From assembly GCA_963767925.1 (NCBI GenBank), contig CAVYGB010000008.1, forward strand, positions 1,664,001 through 1,728,000: a stretch of 64,000 nucleotides of DNA, read 5' to 3'. This stretch comes from an uncultured delta proteobacterium (GTDB lineage: Bacteria; Myxococcota_A; Polyangia; Fen-1088). The position numbers and the translations under genes were made by a program. Positions 38,331 through 50,255 of this stretch are shown here, in pieces; positions within the stretch are counted from its first letter, which is position 1; every line of letters begins with the position of its first letter. The notes beneath the pieces were generated by a model, which did no database searches, was not told the DNA's origin, and was given only the letters and a program-made list of their open reading frames with translations.

Positions 38331-39182
38331 TTACTCGATACACGCGCTCCGTCTATCGGGATTTGGCAGAGGGCGAGACGGGGACGCCGCCGGGGGGCCG
38401 GGCAGGCGAGCCAGGGTGCTCGTGACCGTGCCGGCCGGCTGGGCAAAGAACAGATAGTCGATGGTTCCGGGCAGCTCGCCGTACCTCTGCTGGTAGCCGC
38501 CCGGATCGAACCCCGCGGGCGGCCGGGCGATATCCCCGCAGTCCAGGTTCCGGATACCCACCTCGGTCAACACCGCCACCAGCTTCTGGAACCGGGGCAA
38601 GAGTGGGGGGTCGAACACCCCTGCCCGGGGCGCCTCCTCGACCCACAGCCGGTCGCCCAGGACCTCTCCCCGCACGGTCACCTGCTGCACCGCCGCGAAA
38701 GGGGCCAGATCCGACAGGGCCACGCGCAGGTGTAGCTCCTCCCAGACCGGGGCGCGCGCACCGCGGCCAGCAGACGGCAGCTCCGGCGGCGTCTCCAGCA
38801 GGCCCTCTCGCAGCTCGATCAGGGAGGGCGAGCGGCCGGTGCAGAGGACGTACAGGTAGGCGCAATACTCCTCGGCCCGGCCAGGAACGTGGCGGCAGGA
38901 GGCAGACAGGCGCTGGGCCAGCCGCTCGCGCAGCAGGACGGCCAGCGGGGCGGCGGTCTCTGGACCGGCGGCCGGGCCCTCCCCTCTGCCGGCCCTCTCG
39001 CCGGCGCGGCGGTCGTCCTCCTTGCGGCCTTCCCTGCGGCCTTCCCCGCGGTCTTCCTGGCGATGTTCCCAGCGCCGGGTGGGGTAGAGCCGGGCGAGCG
39101 CCGCCTCGATGGCAGCAAACATCGTGGCCTTGCGGTGGTCGCACCCCCCCTTGCGGCCGCAGCTCGTGCAGCCGTCGCTCAT
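38331..39182 (-). CDS. Hypothetical protein with N-terminal Cys motif
   Basis: ATG 39182 (MSDGCTSCGRKGGCDHRK); ATGA overlap with the reconstructed KamA stop. Confidence 0.68.
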   Translation of the reverse strand: MSDGCTSCGRKGGCDHRKATMFAAIEAALARLYPTRRWEHRQEDRGEGRREGRKEDDRRAGERAGRGEGPAAGPETAAPLAVLLRERLAQRLSASCRHVPGRAEEYCAYLYVLCTGRSPSLIELREGLLETPPELPSAGRGARAPVWEELHLRVALSDLAPFAAVQQVTVRGEVLGDRLWVEEAPRAGVFDPPLLPRFQKLVAVLTEVGIRNLDCGDIARPPAGFDPGGYQQRYGELPGTIDYLFFAQPAGTVTSTLARLPGPPAASPSRPLPNPDRRSACIE

Positions 39183-40585
39183 ATCAGCTTCGGCCCCGCG
39201 GTCGCCGCCACCCTCGCCTCTTCCACCATCACCGCACGCTGGGCCGGGATCGGCCCAGCGCCGGCGGCCGTCTTCGGGCAGCAGGTCGATGGGGTCGAAG
39301 TAGAAATAGAGCTGCCCCCGCTTCACCGCCGGGCTGGTGTAGACCGAGACGCCGGTCACCCGGTTGTAGTGCTCGTAGGAGTGCGCGTCCCGCTTGCCGC
39401 CTCCGCCCGGGGCGTCGACGACCACGACCGGGGTGTTGAAGCCGGCGGTGACCCCGCGCAGCTCCTTCTCGACGTCCAGGCCGGTCTGCAGCGTGGTGCG
39501 CAGGTCCTCGACCCCCTTCACGAGGTCGTGCATGTAGATGTAGTAGGGGTGCACGTTGATGTAGGCCAGGCGCTTGCACAGCAAGACCTGGGTTGCGCCG
39601 CTGTCGTTGACCCGCCGCTGGAGTACGCGTCTGGTTGCGGACGGTGATCCCCCGCTCGGCCAGGCGGTCGGTGGCCGCCCGGGTGAGGGCGGTGATCTCG
39701 TTGGGGTGGTTGAAGTGGGTGTGGAGCACCACCTCCTTGTGCAGGAGGCGCCCCTTCTCGACGATGCGGGTGAGGGCGTCGATCCAGGCGTCGTCGGTGA
39801 GCAGCTTCTGGGGCATGACGGCCGGCCCCTTGGTGGCGTAGCGGAACCGGCGGACGTGGGGGATGGCCAGCAGCGATTCGCCGATGTGGGTGATCTGCTC
39901 GGGCCGCAGCTGATAGGCGTCGCCGCCCGAGATGACGATGTCCTCCAGCTCCGGCCGCGAGGCGATGTAGGCGAACGTGGCCTGCCAGCGCTCGGGGTTC
40001 ACGCGCAGGTGGAACTTCGTCACCTCCTCGGTGTCGATGCCCACCGCGTAGGACCGGGTGCAAAAGCGGCAGTAGACCGGGCAGGTGTCGAGCGCGAGGA
40101 AGAGCGCCTTGTCGGGGTAGCGATGGGTCAGCCCCGGCACCGGGGCATGTCCTTGCGCTCGTGGAGCGAGTCGAGGTCCAGGTTGGGGTGGTCGGGCAGG
40201 CGCAGCGACGCGACCGGGATGAACTGCAGCCGCAGGGGGTCGTCGTAGGGACGGGTCCAGTCGATCGAGCGAGAGCAGGTAGGGCGACACCCGCACCGAC
40301 ATGGGGGCGCGCTGGAACCCCTCCTCGGCGTCACGCAGGAATTCATCGGTGACCAGCCCCTTGAGGGCGGCCAGCAGCTTGCCGGCGTTGGTGATCGAGT
40401 GGCGGGCCTGCCAGCCGTGGTCGAGGAAATCGGCCTCGCTGACCTCCGCGTAGGCCGGGATCCGCCGCCAGAAGGGGCCCTCCAGCAGCTGCCGGTGCAG
40501 CAGCGCGTCCTCCGACACCGGCGGCTTGAGCGCCGGCGGCGGGGGAGCCGCTGTCCGCGGCCTGGGGCTCAGCCTCCGGGATCAT
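39179..40585 (-). CDS. KamA-family radical SAM/PLP aminomutase (lysine 2,3-aminomutase-like), about 5 apparent frameshifts
   Basis: GLTHRYPDK, CPVYCRFC, ISGGD, HFNHPNEI, VRNQT, PYY, VDAPGGGGK found across frames. Confidence 0.88.
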
Positions 40586-40644
40586 CGTAGAACCTTACCG
40601 CGCGGTCCGCGGTCTTTCTACGTCATCGAGCGGAGCGTCGAAAA

Positions 40645-41991
<1,347 letters not shown>

Positions 41992-41996
41992 GCCGG

Positions 41997-42212
41997 TCAG
42001 CCCCGGTAGACCACGATCCCGCGGGTGGGATCGTAAGGCGTCAGGGCTACCGTGACCTTGTCACCCAGCACGACCCGGATCCGGTGCTTCCGGAGCTTGC
42101 CACCGAGGTGGGCGAGCACCTGATGACCGTTTTCGAGCTCGATGCGGAAATTCCCGGCCGGTAACACCTCGACGACGCGTCCTTGGAATTCGATGTGTTC
42201 TTCACGGCCCAT
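41997..42212 (-). CDS. infA: Translation initiation factor IF-1
   Basis: [12 protein letters not shown]...[26 protein letters not shown]...[12 protein letters not shown]. Confidence 0.95.
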   Translation of the reverse strand: MGREEHIEFQGRVVEVLPAGNFRIELENGHQVLAHLGGKLRKHRIRVVLGDKVTVALTPYDPTRGIVVYRG

Positions 42213-42357
42213 GGGGTCAAAGAAGGTACCCGCTCGCCTGTGTCGGGTCAACTGCGCCCCGTCCGGAGGACCACCTCGGGGGCCTGCGGGGGCCGTTTTG
42301 CCGGACCAACTTCGGCGGCGATGGTGTATCAGAAGGCCTGGAAGGCGGACGAAGACG

Positions 42358-44437
42358 GTGAAGATCTACGCTGGAAGTGACCACGCGGGCGTTACCCTGA
42401 AGGCCAAGCTCACCGCCTACTTGCGGGAACGGGGCCATGAGGTCGTCGACCTCGGAACCAGCGACGAGACTCCGACCGACTACCCCGACTGGGCGGCCTG
42501 GGTGGCGACCTCGGTCCGGAACGACCCGCCGGCCCGGGGGCTGGTGGTCTGCGGATCCGGCGTGGGGGTGACCATCGTCGCCAACAAGATCCCGAGCATC
42601 CGCGCGGTGGACGCCTGGAGCGTGGACATCGCCCGGGTCTCCCGATCCCACAACGACACAAACGTCCTTTGTCTTGGCGAGCGTTTCCTGCGTGACGAGG
42701 AGGCGCGGGCCATCGCCGATGCCTGGCTGGAGACCCCCTTCGATGGAGACCGGCACATCCCCCGCCTGGCCAAGATCGCCGCGCTGGAGGCCGAGCAACG
42801 CACCTTCGGGGCGGTCGACCGGGAGCTGGAGCTGCTGGCCCGGGATCGGGTGGTCCCGCGGATCTGGGGGCGCGATCCGGCGGCGTTCACCGCCGAGGCC
42901 GACGTCCAGGAGCCGACCCGAAAATCGATCCTGAACCGCCTCGGCTGGCTGCGGGCGCCCGAGGAGATGGCCGGCCAGCTCGAGGAGATCGAGGCGTTCG
43001 CGGCCGACGTGAAGGCCCGCGGCTTCCGCCAGGTGGTCCTGCTGGGCATGGGTGGCAGCTCGCTGTGTCCGGAGGTCTGGAGCCGGACCTTCGCCCCCGC
43101 TCCCGGAATGGCGCTGGCGGTGCTCGACAGCACCGATCCGGAGGCGGTGGCCGAGATCGAGCGGTCGATCGACTTCGAGCGCACGCTCTTCGTCGTCGCC
43201 TCCAAGTCGGGCGGCACCATCGAGGTGGCGTCCTTCGAGAGCACCTTCTGGGCCAAGGCCCTGGCTCGGCATGGGCTCGAACGGGCCCGGGCGCAGTTCT
43301 GCGCCATCACCGACCCGGCAACCGAGCTGCACCACCGGGCGCGGGACCGCTACCACAAGGTCTTCCTCAACCCCGGCGACATCGGGGGCCGCTATTCGGC
43401 GCTGTCCCTGTTCGGGCTGGTGCCGGCGGCCCTGCTGGGCCTCGACATCCGGCGCTTGCTGGCGAGCGCCCAGTCGGCGGTGACGGCCTGCCGCCGGGAG
43501 GTCCCCGGCGAGAACCCGGGGGCCGTGCTGGGCGCCTTCATGGGCGGTCTCAACCGGCAGGGCCGGGACAAGCTCACCCTCGTGCTGGCCCCCCCCATCG
43601 CCAGCCTGGGCGCCTGGATCGAGCAGCTCGTGGCCGAGTCCACCGGGAAACACGGGCGGGGCGTGGTGCCGATCGACCTCGAGCCCCTGGGTCCCCCCTC
43701 GGTCTACGGGGACGATCGGGCCTTCGTGTTCGTGGACCTGGCAGGCGCCCCCCCGGCGGCCGAGCCGGGCGCCATCCAGGCGCTGCGATCGGCCGGTCAC
43801 CCGGTCCTGCAGATCAGCCTGCAGGACCGCTACGACCTCGGGGCCGAGCTGTTCCGCTGGGAGTTCGCCACCGCGGTGGCGGGCGCCAGCCTGGGGGTCA
43901 ATCCCTTCGACGAGCCCAACGTCACCCAGGCCAAGGAGGCGACCGCGCGCGCCCTCAAGGTGTTCTGGGAAAAGGGCACCCTGCCCGACCCGGGCGCGAC
44001 CCTGCGCCCGGGTGACCGCGACGCCCTGATCGAGCACCTGGGCACCACCCGGCCCGGCGACTACCTGGCCCTCTGCGCGTTCTTTCAGCGCACGGAGGCC
44101 CGCGACCGGCTGCTGACCGAGCTGCGGCGGCTGTGCCGCGACCGCTGGCGGGTGGCGACGACGCTGGGGTACGGACCGCGCTTCCTGCACTCGACCGGGC
44201 AGCTCCACAAGGGCGGGGCCAACAATGGTGTGTTTCTGCAGCTCACCGCCGAGCGGGGCAGCGACCTCGATGTACCGGAGCGGGGCTTCAGCTTCGGGGT
44301 GCTGCGGGACGCGCAGGCGCTCGGTGACCTCGAGGCGCTCCGGCAACACCGCCGCCGGGTGGCCCGGGTGCACCTGGGCCCGGATCATACAGGGTGGTCT
44401 CGAGCAGCTGATCGAAGCTGTTTCGAGGGACGCGTGA
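42358..44437 (+). CDS. Ribose-5-phosphate isomerase B fused to glucose-6-phosphate isomerase (apparent frameshift near 44385 affects the last ~17 aa)
   Basis: Rpi[27 protein letters not shown]; Pgi: [53 protein letters not shown]. Confidence 0.88.
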
Positions 44438-44483
44438 TGCGTGCCTTGCGGGCAGCTATGATTCTCGATGGAGGCACTCGCGC

Positions 44484-45500
44484 TTGACCGGGACGTTCGA
44501 TACCGCGCTGGCCCTGGTGGGCGACATCGGAGGCACCAACAGCCGTCTGGCCCTGTTTCGCGGGGGAAAGAAGCTCTTCGAGCGGGTCTACGCCTCGCAG
44601 GAACAGAAGGACTTCGTCACCGTCGTCGAGAGGTTCCTCGAGGAGGCGCGCAAGGCCCTGGGCCCGGAGACCCGCCCGCAGCGGGCCTGCTTCGGGGTGG
44701 CCGGGCCGGTCGAGAACAACACCAGCAAGGTGACGAACCTGCCCTGGTTCATCGATGGACCCCGCCTCGCGCAGCGGCTGAAGATCCCCCGGGTCAACCT
44801 GTTGAACGACTTCCAGGCGGCGGCCCTGGGCGTGACCGTGCTCGGCGACCAGGACCTGATCGCCCTCGGGGGAGGGCCCCGCAATCCCAACGGCCCCTGT
44901 GTCGTGGCGGGCGCCGGGACCGGCCTTGGTGAAGCGTTCCTCGTCTGGTCGCCGGGGGAAAACCGCTACCAGGTGATCCCCTCCGAGGGTGGGCACGTGG
45001 ATTTTACCCCCCGCACCGCGCTCGAGAGCGGCCTCTTCCACTACCTCAGCGGCCGGTACGGCCGCGTCTCCTTCGAGCGGGTCCTGTCAGGCCCGGGGAT
45101 CGCCGACACTTTCGCCTTTCTTTCGGCCGAGCCCGGCTGCCGGCCCCTGGTCCAGCAAGAGACCCTGGCCGCCATCGTCACCGAGGATCCCGCCACCGTC
45201 GTGACCCGGCAGGCGCTGGCCGGCGCCGATCCGGTCTGCGTGATCGCGCTGAACATCTTCATCTCGGTGCTGGGGGGCCTGGCCGGCAACCTCGCCCTGA
45301 CCATGCTGGCGACGGGCGGTGTGTTCATTGCTGGTGGAATTGCCCCTCGGATCGCTCCGTTGCTGCAGAACGGACCTTTCCGCGAGTCCTTCGAGTCGAA
45401 GGGGCGGATGCAGAAGCTCGTGGCGAAGATCCCCGCTTTTCTCGTGATAAATCCCGACCTTGGCCTCCTGGGCGCCGCGGTCCAGGCCTCGCGCCTGTAG
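44484..45500 (+). CDS. glk: Glucokinase
   Basis: GDIGGTNSR, GVAGPV, LLNDF, GAGTGLG, SEGGH, ERVLSGPG, GGVFIAGGIAP. Confidence 0.94.
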   Translation: MTGTFDTALALVGDIGGTNSRLALFRGGKKLFERVYASQEQKDFVTVVERFLEEARKALGPETRPQRACFGVAGPVENNTSKVTNLPWFIDGPRLAQRLKIPRVNLLNDFQAAALGVTVLGDQDLIALGGGPRNPNGPCVVAGAGTGLGEAFLVWSPGENRYQVIPSEGGHVDFTPRTALESGLFHYLSGRYGRVSFERVLSGPGIADTFAFLSAEPGCRPLVQQETLAAIVTEDPATVVTRQALAGADPVCVIALNIFISVLGGLAGNLALTMLATGGVFIAGGIAPRIAPLLQNGPFRESFESKGRMQKLVAKIPAFLVINPDLGLLGAAVQASRL

Positions 45501-45539
45501 ATCCCAGGCATTCGTTTACGCGTTTTTTCCCACGACGAA

Positions 45540-45568
45540 ACCGACCGTTTACGGTCGGTCGTTACACT
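45540..45568 (+). promoter_or_regulatory. Perfect palindrome next to a -10 box (candidate operator/promoter)
   Basis: ACCGACCGT-TT-ACGGTCGGT (45540-45559); TACACT (45563-45568) 7 nt before ATG 45576. Confidence 0.6.
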
Positions 45569-45575
45569 GGGCAGC

Positions 45576-46706
45576 ATGTCGACGCTCGGGAGGAGCTCCC
45601 GCTCGGCGCCGGCCGAGGTTCTCCGACTTCCGGCCCCATCGCCCGAGGAGATCCTGAGCACGCTGCCGATCAAGCCGCGCACCTACAACAGCCTGAGACG
45701 TTACGTCGCCGGACGCGCCGCCGAGCCGGGATGGAGCTTCGGACGCCTCCTCCAGATCCCGGGCTTCGGCGCCCGCGCGCTCGAGGACGTGCTCGGCGCG
45801 CTCGACACGCGCGGCGAGCGGCCACGCCTGACCGGGCGGACCGGCCACCGCTTCCTCGACGACGAGCTGGGCGAGCTCCTGTCGGCCCGACCGGCGCGGC
45901 GCCCCCAGCTCGCCACCCCCCTCTTGCGGCGGGCCCTGCTCCTCATCGGCAACCGGCTGCCGGGCTCGGAGGCGCAGGTGATGCGGTGGCTGCAGGCCTC
46001 GGGGCTGGCGCGGGGAGAGATCGACTTCGGTCGCCTCGAGCGGGCCGCTCGCTTCTGCGACACGCCGGTCACCTTCGCGGTCCTGCGGCGCGAGGGCCTG
46101 ACCCTGGCCGTGCAGCCCGAGCGGCTGCGCCTGGCCTCCCTCGTCTACGCCCTCTCGGTCCGCTCGGTGGTCAGCTTCGGCCTGGCCCTCGTGCGCCGGA
46201 TCGGCTTTCTCGCCCGGACCGACGACCTTGGCTTCGTGAGGACGGTGCTCACCGCCAAGGACAGCTTTCAGTGGCTGGATCGGCGGGTCGGCTGGTTCTG
46301 GTTCGGCAACCTGACCTCCCAGCTCGTCCGGACCATCGACAACATCCTGTCGGTCGCCGGAGAGGTTCCCCTGCGCGAGCTGGCCCACGGGCTGTTCCGG
46401 CGCTGGGCGCCGGACAACGCCCCCACCCGGCGGACCCTGCGCGCGCTGTGCGCCCGGATCGAGACCCTCGAGGTGCGGGGCAACCTGGTCCGCATCCGCA
46501 ACCGGGAGCGGACCATCCCGCTTCCCGAGCGAGAACGTATTCTGCTGCAGCTCTTCGAGAGCTGCGGCCCCCAGATCGAGGGCTACCGGCTGCCCGAGAT
46601 CTGCCAGCGGATGGGGCTGGACGCCGGGCCGGTCTGCCGGCAGCTCCGGGCCTCGCCCTTCGTTGTCGAGCGCCGGCCGGGGGTCTTCCGTCTCATCGGC
46701 TCCTGA
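45576..46706 (+). CDS. Hypothetical protein with RNA polymerase alpha-CTD-like domain
   Basis: LPIKPRTYNSLRR...LLQIPGFGARALEDV resembles alpha-CTD (LSVRSYNCL...LLKIxNLGxKSLxEI). Confidence 0.68.
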   Translation: MSTLGRSSRSAPAEVLRLPAPSPEEILSTLPIKPRTYNSLRRYVAGRAAEPGWSFGRLLQIPGFGARALEDVLGALDTRGERPRLTGRTGHRFLDDELGELLSARPARRPQLATPLLRRALLLIGNRLPGSEAQVMRWLQASGLARGEIDFGRLERAARFCDTPVTFAVLRREGLTLAVQPERLRLASLVYALSVRSVVSFGLALVRRIGFLARTDDLGFVRTVLTAKDSFQWLDRRVGWFWFGNLTSQLVRTIDNILSVAGEVPLRELAHGLFRRWAPDNAPTRRTLRALCARIETLEVRGNLVRIRNRERTIPLPERERILLQLFESCGPQIEGYRLPEICQRMGLDAGPVCRQLRASPFVVERRPGVFRLIGS

Positions 46707-46754
46707 TCGATTGGCCGCGGGAGGCCCCGGGCTTCTGGCAAGATTGGGCTGCAA

Positions 46755-47579
46755 ATGTCTCTGCCCGGCGCGGCGCCCATCATCGACTCGCACTGTCACC
46801 TCGACTTCGAGGAGTACGGAACCGACCGGGCCGCCACCCTGGCCCGGGCCCGCTCCGCCGGGCTGGTGGGCATGGTGTGCATCGGTTCGGGGAAGGATCT
46901 GAGGTCGGCGCGGGCCGCGGTGGCGCTGGCGGCGGAGGAACCCGACGTGTTCGCCACGGTGGGCATCCACCCACACGATGTCACCCACATGTCGCCCGGG
47001 GACTGGGACGAGCTGGACCAGCTCGCTCGCGCGCACCGGGTGGTGGGCATCGGCGAGACCGGCCTGGACTACCACTACGACCACTCACCCCGGGACCAGC
47101 AGCGGGAGGCCTTCCGGCGCTTCCTGCGCCTGTGCCACGCCAGCGACCAGCCGGTGGTGTGCCACATCCGGGAGGCCCACGCCGACGCGCGGGACATCCT
47201 GCGGGAAGAGGGCATACCCGTGCGGGGAGGCGTCATCCACTGCTTCACCGGCGGACCCGAAGACGCGCGGGCCTACCTCGAGCTGGGGCTGTACCTGTCG
47301 TTTTCGGGCATCCTGACCTTCAAGAACGCGGGCGAGATCCGGGCGGCGGCCGAGCTGTGTCCGATCGATCGGGTGCTGCTGGAGACCGACGCCCCTTTCC
47401 TGGCCCCCCTCCCCCACCGCGGCAAGCGCAACGAACCCGCTTATATCGTTCATACCCTCGAGCAGCTCGCGTCGCTCAAACGGCTGGCGCCCGAGCAGGT
47501 CGCCACCGCCACCACCGCCAACGCCCGCGCCCTCTTCCGCCTCCCGGACGGGGGACCCTCGGTCGACCCCGGGCATTGA
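46755..47579 (+). CDS. tatD: TatD-family hydrolase
   Basis: IDSHCHL, GIHPH, IGETGLDY, HCFTG, LETDAPFLAP, RGKRNEPA. Confidence 0.93.
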   Translation: MSLPGAAPIIDSHCHLDFEEYGTDRAATLARARSAGLVGMVCIGSGKDLRSARAAVALAAEEPDVFATVGIHPHDVTHMSPGDWDELDQLARAHRVVGIGETGLDYHYDHSPRDQQREAFRRFLRLCHASDQPVVCHIREAHADARDILREEGIPVRGGVIHCFTGGPEDARAYLELGLYLSFSGILTFKNAGEIRAAAELCPIDRVLLETDAPFLAPLPHRGKRNEPAYIVHTLEQLASLKRLAPEQVATATTANARALFRLPDGGPSVDPGH

Positions 47580-47613
47580 CGGCGCCTGGGTCCGACCGCA
47601 AGCTCAACGGGAC

Positions 47614-48576
47614 ATGTCCGACCTGCCCCTGGTGCGCGTCCGGCTCAAGTATCCCGACGTCGACACCTTCGCCGAGCGATTCGCGCCCAACGTCACCCGC
47701 GGCGGGATCTTCCTTGCCTCGCGGGAGCCCCGCCCGGTGGGCACCGTGCTCCGCTTCGAGGTGAGCTTGATGTCGGGCATCCCGGTCCTGACCGGCAAGG
47801 GCCGGGTGACCTGGACCAAGGCCTACGATCCCGGCGAGCCGAGCCGCCCCTATGGCATGGGCGTACAGTTCACCGAGCTCGATCCGGCGAGCCGCCCCGT
47901 GCTCGACCGCCTGCTGCAGCGACGGGATCCCGCGCGCGCGGCCGCCGCCGCCCCCGCCCGATCACCGGCGCCGGCGCCGGCGCCGGCCGCCCGGGGCCCG
48001 GCGCCCACCGTCGAGCACGAGCGGACCGAGACCGCCAAGACCCAGCCCCTCCGCCGGCCCACGCCGACGCCGCCCGCCCTGGTGCCCCCGGCCCTGGTGC
48101 CTCCCTCTTCCGTCCCCGTCGCCCTCGTGTCGCCGCCGCCGTTGCCCCCCATGCTGGTCCCGCCGGCCCAGGTGTCGCCGCCGCCGCTCCCGCCCGGGCT
48201 GGTGCCGCCACCCTTGCCGGCGCCGGCGCACGTCCTGCTGCCTCCATCGGTCCCCTCGGTCTTCGTGTCGCCTTCCCCGCTGCCGCCGGCGCTGGCGGCC
48301 CCGGTCCTCGTCGCGCCTCCTTCGATCGCCCCGGCGATAGACCTGTCGTCTCCGGCGCCCGCCGCTAGCCTGGAGCCGGAGCTGGCGACCCTCGACCGGC
48401 TCGACGAGCTCACCTTCCGGCTGCTCATCGAGCGGGCCCGCACCCTCGCCCGCGAGGTGAAGGACGTCGAGGATCTGACCCGTCCCCCCGACGAAGCGCC
48501 GCCCACCCTGGCTCAGGCGCTCGCCGAGTTGCCCCGCTGCCTGGGCATGCGGCCCGACTCCGAGCCCGTGCACTAG
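47614..48576 (+). CDS. TIGR02266-type PilZ-like protein with Pro-rich linker
   Basis: FAPNVTRGGIF...GRVTW...GMGVQF; long repeated LVPPP linker. Confidence 0.82.
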   Translation: MSDLPLVRVRLKYPDVDTFAERFAPNVTRGGIFLASREPRPVGTVLRFEVSLMSGIPVLTGKGRVTWTKAYDPGEPSRPYGMGVQFTELDPASRPVLDRLLQRRDPARAAAAAPARSPAPAPAPAARGPAPTVEHERTETAKTQPLRRPTPTPPALVPPALVPPSSVPVALVSPPPLPPMLVPPAQVSPPPLPPGLVPPPLPAPAHVLLPPSVPSVFVSPSPLPPALAAPVLVAPPSIAPAIDLSSPAPAASLEPELATLDRLDELTFRLLIERARTLAREVKDVEDLTRPPDEAPPTLAQALAELPRCLGMRPDSEPVH

Positions 48577-50210
48577 ACCGACGGGGGCGGGCCGGGCCGG
48601 CTGCCCGGGCGAAAGCGCTCGAACAGGCGCACGGGCAGGGTCAGCAGCTCGTCGGCACCGGGATACCGGCAGAACCGCAGCGTCAGGGCGTAGCTCAGGA
48701 AACCCAGGCCGATGGCGGGCGCCAGCCAGGCGCCGGCCCGCCAGCCCTGCAGGCGCTGCCCGCCGCCCGCGAGGTGCACCCCGAGCCGCCAGCAGCCCCA
48801 GGCCACCGCGGCCAGGACGAGGTTCGAGACCAGCAGGGCGGCCAGCAGGCGCGGCCAGCGGGAGCGCCCCGGCTCGACCCCCGGATCCGGCGCCACCAGC
48901 CGGCGGAAGCCGACCCGCAAGAGGGCGTAGTTGACCAGCGCGCCCAGGGTGGTGCCGAGGGCCAGCCCCGGCGCGCCCAGGCTCCGGTAGGTGAGCCCCG
49001 TGAAGACGAGGTTGACGGCGATCGCCGACAGCGAGGCCAGCACGGGGATCGCCGGGCGATCGAGGGAGTAAAAGCTCGGCGCGTAGATCTTGACCAGGCT
49101 GACGGGGAGCACCCCCAGCACGAAGGCGCGCACGATCGGCACCGCATCTCTGGTATCGCCGGGGCTGAACATCCCCCGCTCGAACAGCACGGTGATGACC
49201 GGCTCGGCCAGCACGATCAGCCCCACCGAGCTGCCGGTGGCCAGCATCCAGGCCGCGCGGGCGCCTTCGCCCGTGCGTTCGCGCAGACCCTCGATGTTGC
49301 CCTGGGCCGCGTCCTCCGCGATCCGGCTGGTCGTCACCGCCGCCAGCGCCACCCCGAAGACCCCCACCGGGAGATAAAACAGGCGGTAAGAGTAAGAGAG
49401 CAGGCTCACCGCGCCCTCGCCCAGCAGGGTCGCGAAGTAGGTGCTGGTCAACACGTTCACCTGGACGGCGGCCAGCCCGATGGCCGCCGGCGCCATCAGC
49501 CGCACGATCCGGCGTACCGCGGGGTCCGTGCGGAGACCGCGAACGCCCCAGCGCCAGCGAAACCCCTCGCCGCGCAAGCTGGGGAGCTGACAGAGCGCCT
49601 GGACCGCGGCGGCGGTGGTGGTGGCCGCGCTCCACACGATCATGCCGCGCTCGCCGCGCGCGCCCAGGAGCCACAGCCCCAGGCCGGCGACGATGCTCGT
49701 CAGGTTGAACAGGGCCGGGGCATAGGCGGGGACGGTGTACTTCCGCTGCGCGTTCAGCATCCCCATGAAGACCGCGCTGATGCTGATGAGGACCAGGATG
49801 GGCATCATCAGGCGGGTGAGCAGGGTGGCCATCTTCATGCCCGCGGCGGGATCGGCCCGTTCCGACCAGAACAGCGCCACCAGCGGCTCGGCGAAGAGCA
49901 TGCCGAGAAGGGCCAGGCCCGAGGTCAGCAGGAGGGCTCCGGTGAGCACCAGGTTGGCGAGCTGGAAAGCGCGCGGCTTACCCTCCCGGGTCAGCGCCTC
50001 GGCGAAGCTCGGCACGAAGGCGCTCGAGAGGATCCCTTCCGCGAACAGATCGCGCAGCAGGTTGGGGATCCGGAAGGCGACGAAGTAGGCGTCGGTCAGC
50101 CAGCTCACCCCGAAGACCCCGCCGAAGAGGGCGTCGCGCGCCACTCCGAGCACACGCGAGGCGAGGACGGCGACGCCGACTTTTGCCGAAGACCGTAACG
50201 TTTCCGCCAC
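48573..50210 (-). CDS. murJ: Lipid II flippase
   Basis: SRVLGVARD, AFRIPNLLRDLFAEG, SSAFVP, RLFYLPVGVFG. Confidence 0.95.
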   Translation of the reverse strand: MAETLRSSAKVGVAVLASRVLGVARDALFGGVFGVSWLTDAYFVAFRIPNLLRDLFAEGILSSAFVPSFAEALTREGKPRAFQLANLVLTGALLLTSGLALLGMLFAEPLVALFWSERADPAAGMKMATLLTRLMMPILVLISISAVFMGMLNAQRKYTVPAYAPALFNLTSIVAGLGLWLLGARGERGMIVWSAATTTAAAVQALCQLPSLRGEGFRWRWGVRGLRTDPAVRRIVRLMAPAAIGLAAVQVNVLTSTYFATLLGEGAVSLLSYSYRLFYLPVGVFGVALAAVTTSRIAEDAAQGNIEGLRERTGEGARAAWMLATGSSVGLIVLAEPVITVLFERGMFSPGDTRDAVPIVRAFVLGVLPVSLVKIYAPSFYSLDRPAIPVLASLSAIAVNLVFTGLTYRSLGAPGLALGTTLGALVNYALLRVGFRRLVAPDPGVEPGRSRWPRLLAALLVSNLVLAAVAWGCWRLGVHLAGGGQRLQGWRAGAWLAPAIGLGFLSYALTLRFCRYPGADELLTLPVRLFERFRPGSRPGPPPSV

Positions 50211-50255
50211 CGAGGCGCGCCAAGCTACTGGCTTCCGCCAGCCCCGTCCAGGGTC

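Noticed and set aside
38331..39584. Apparent in-frame fusion of the KamA C-terminus with the downstream Cys-motif protein
   Set aside because: Removing one base near 39248 restores a helical KamA end (DPAQRAVMVEEARVAATAGPKLI*) with an ATGA overlap; the fusion is probably an indel artefact
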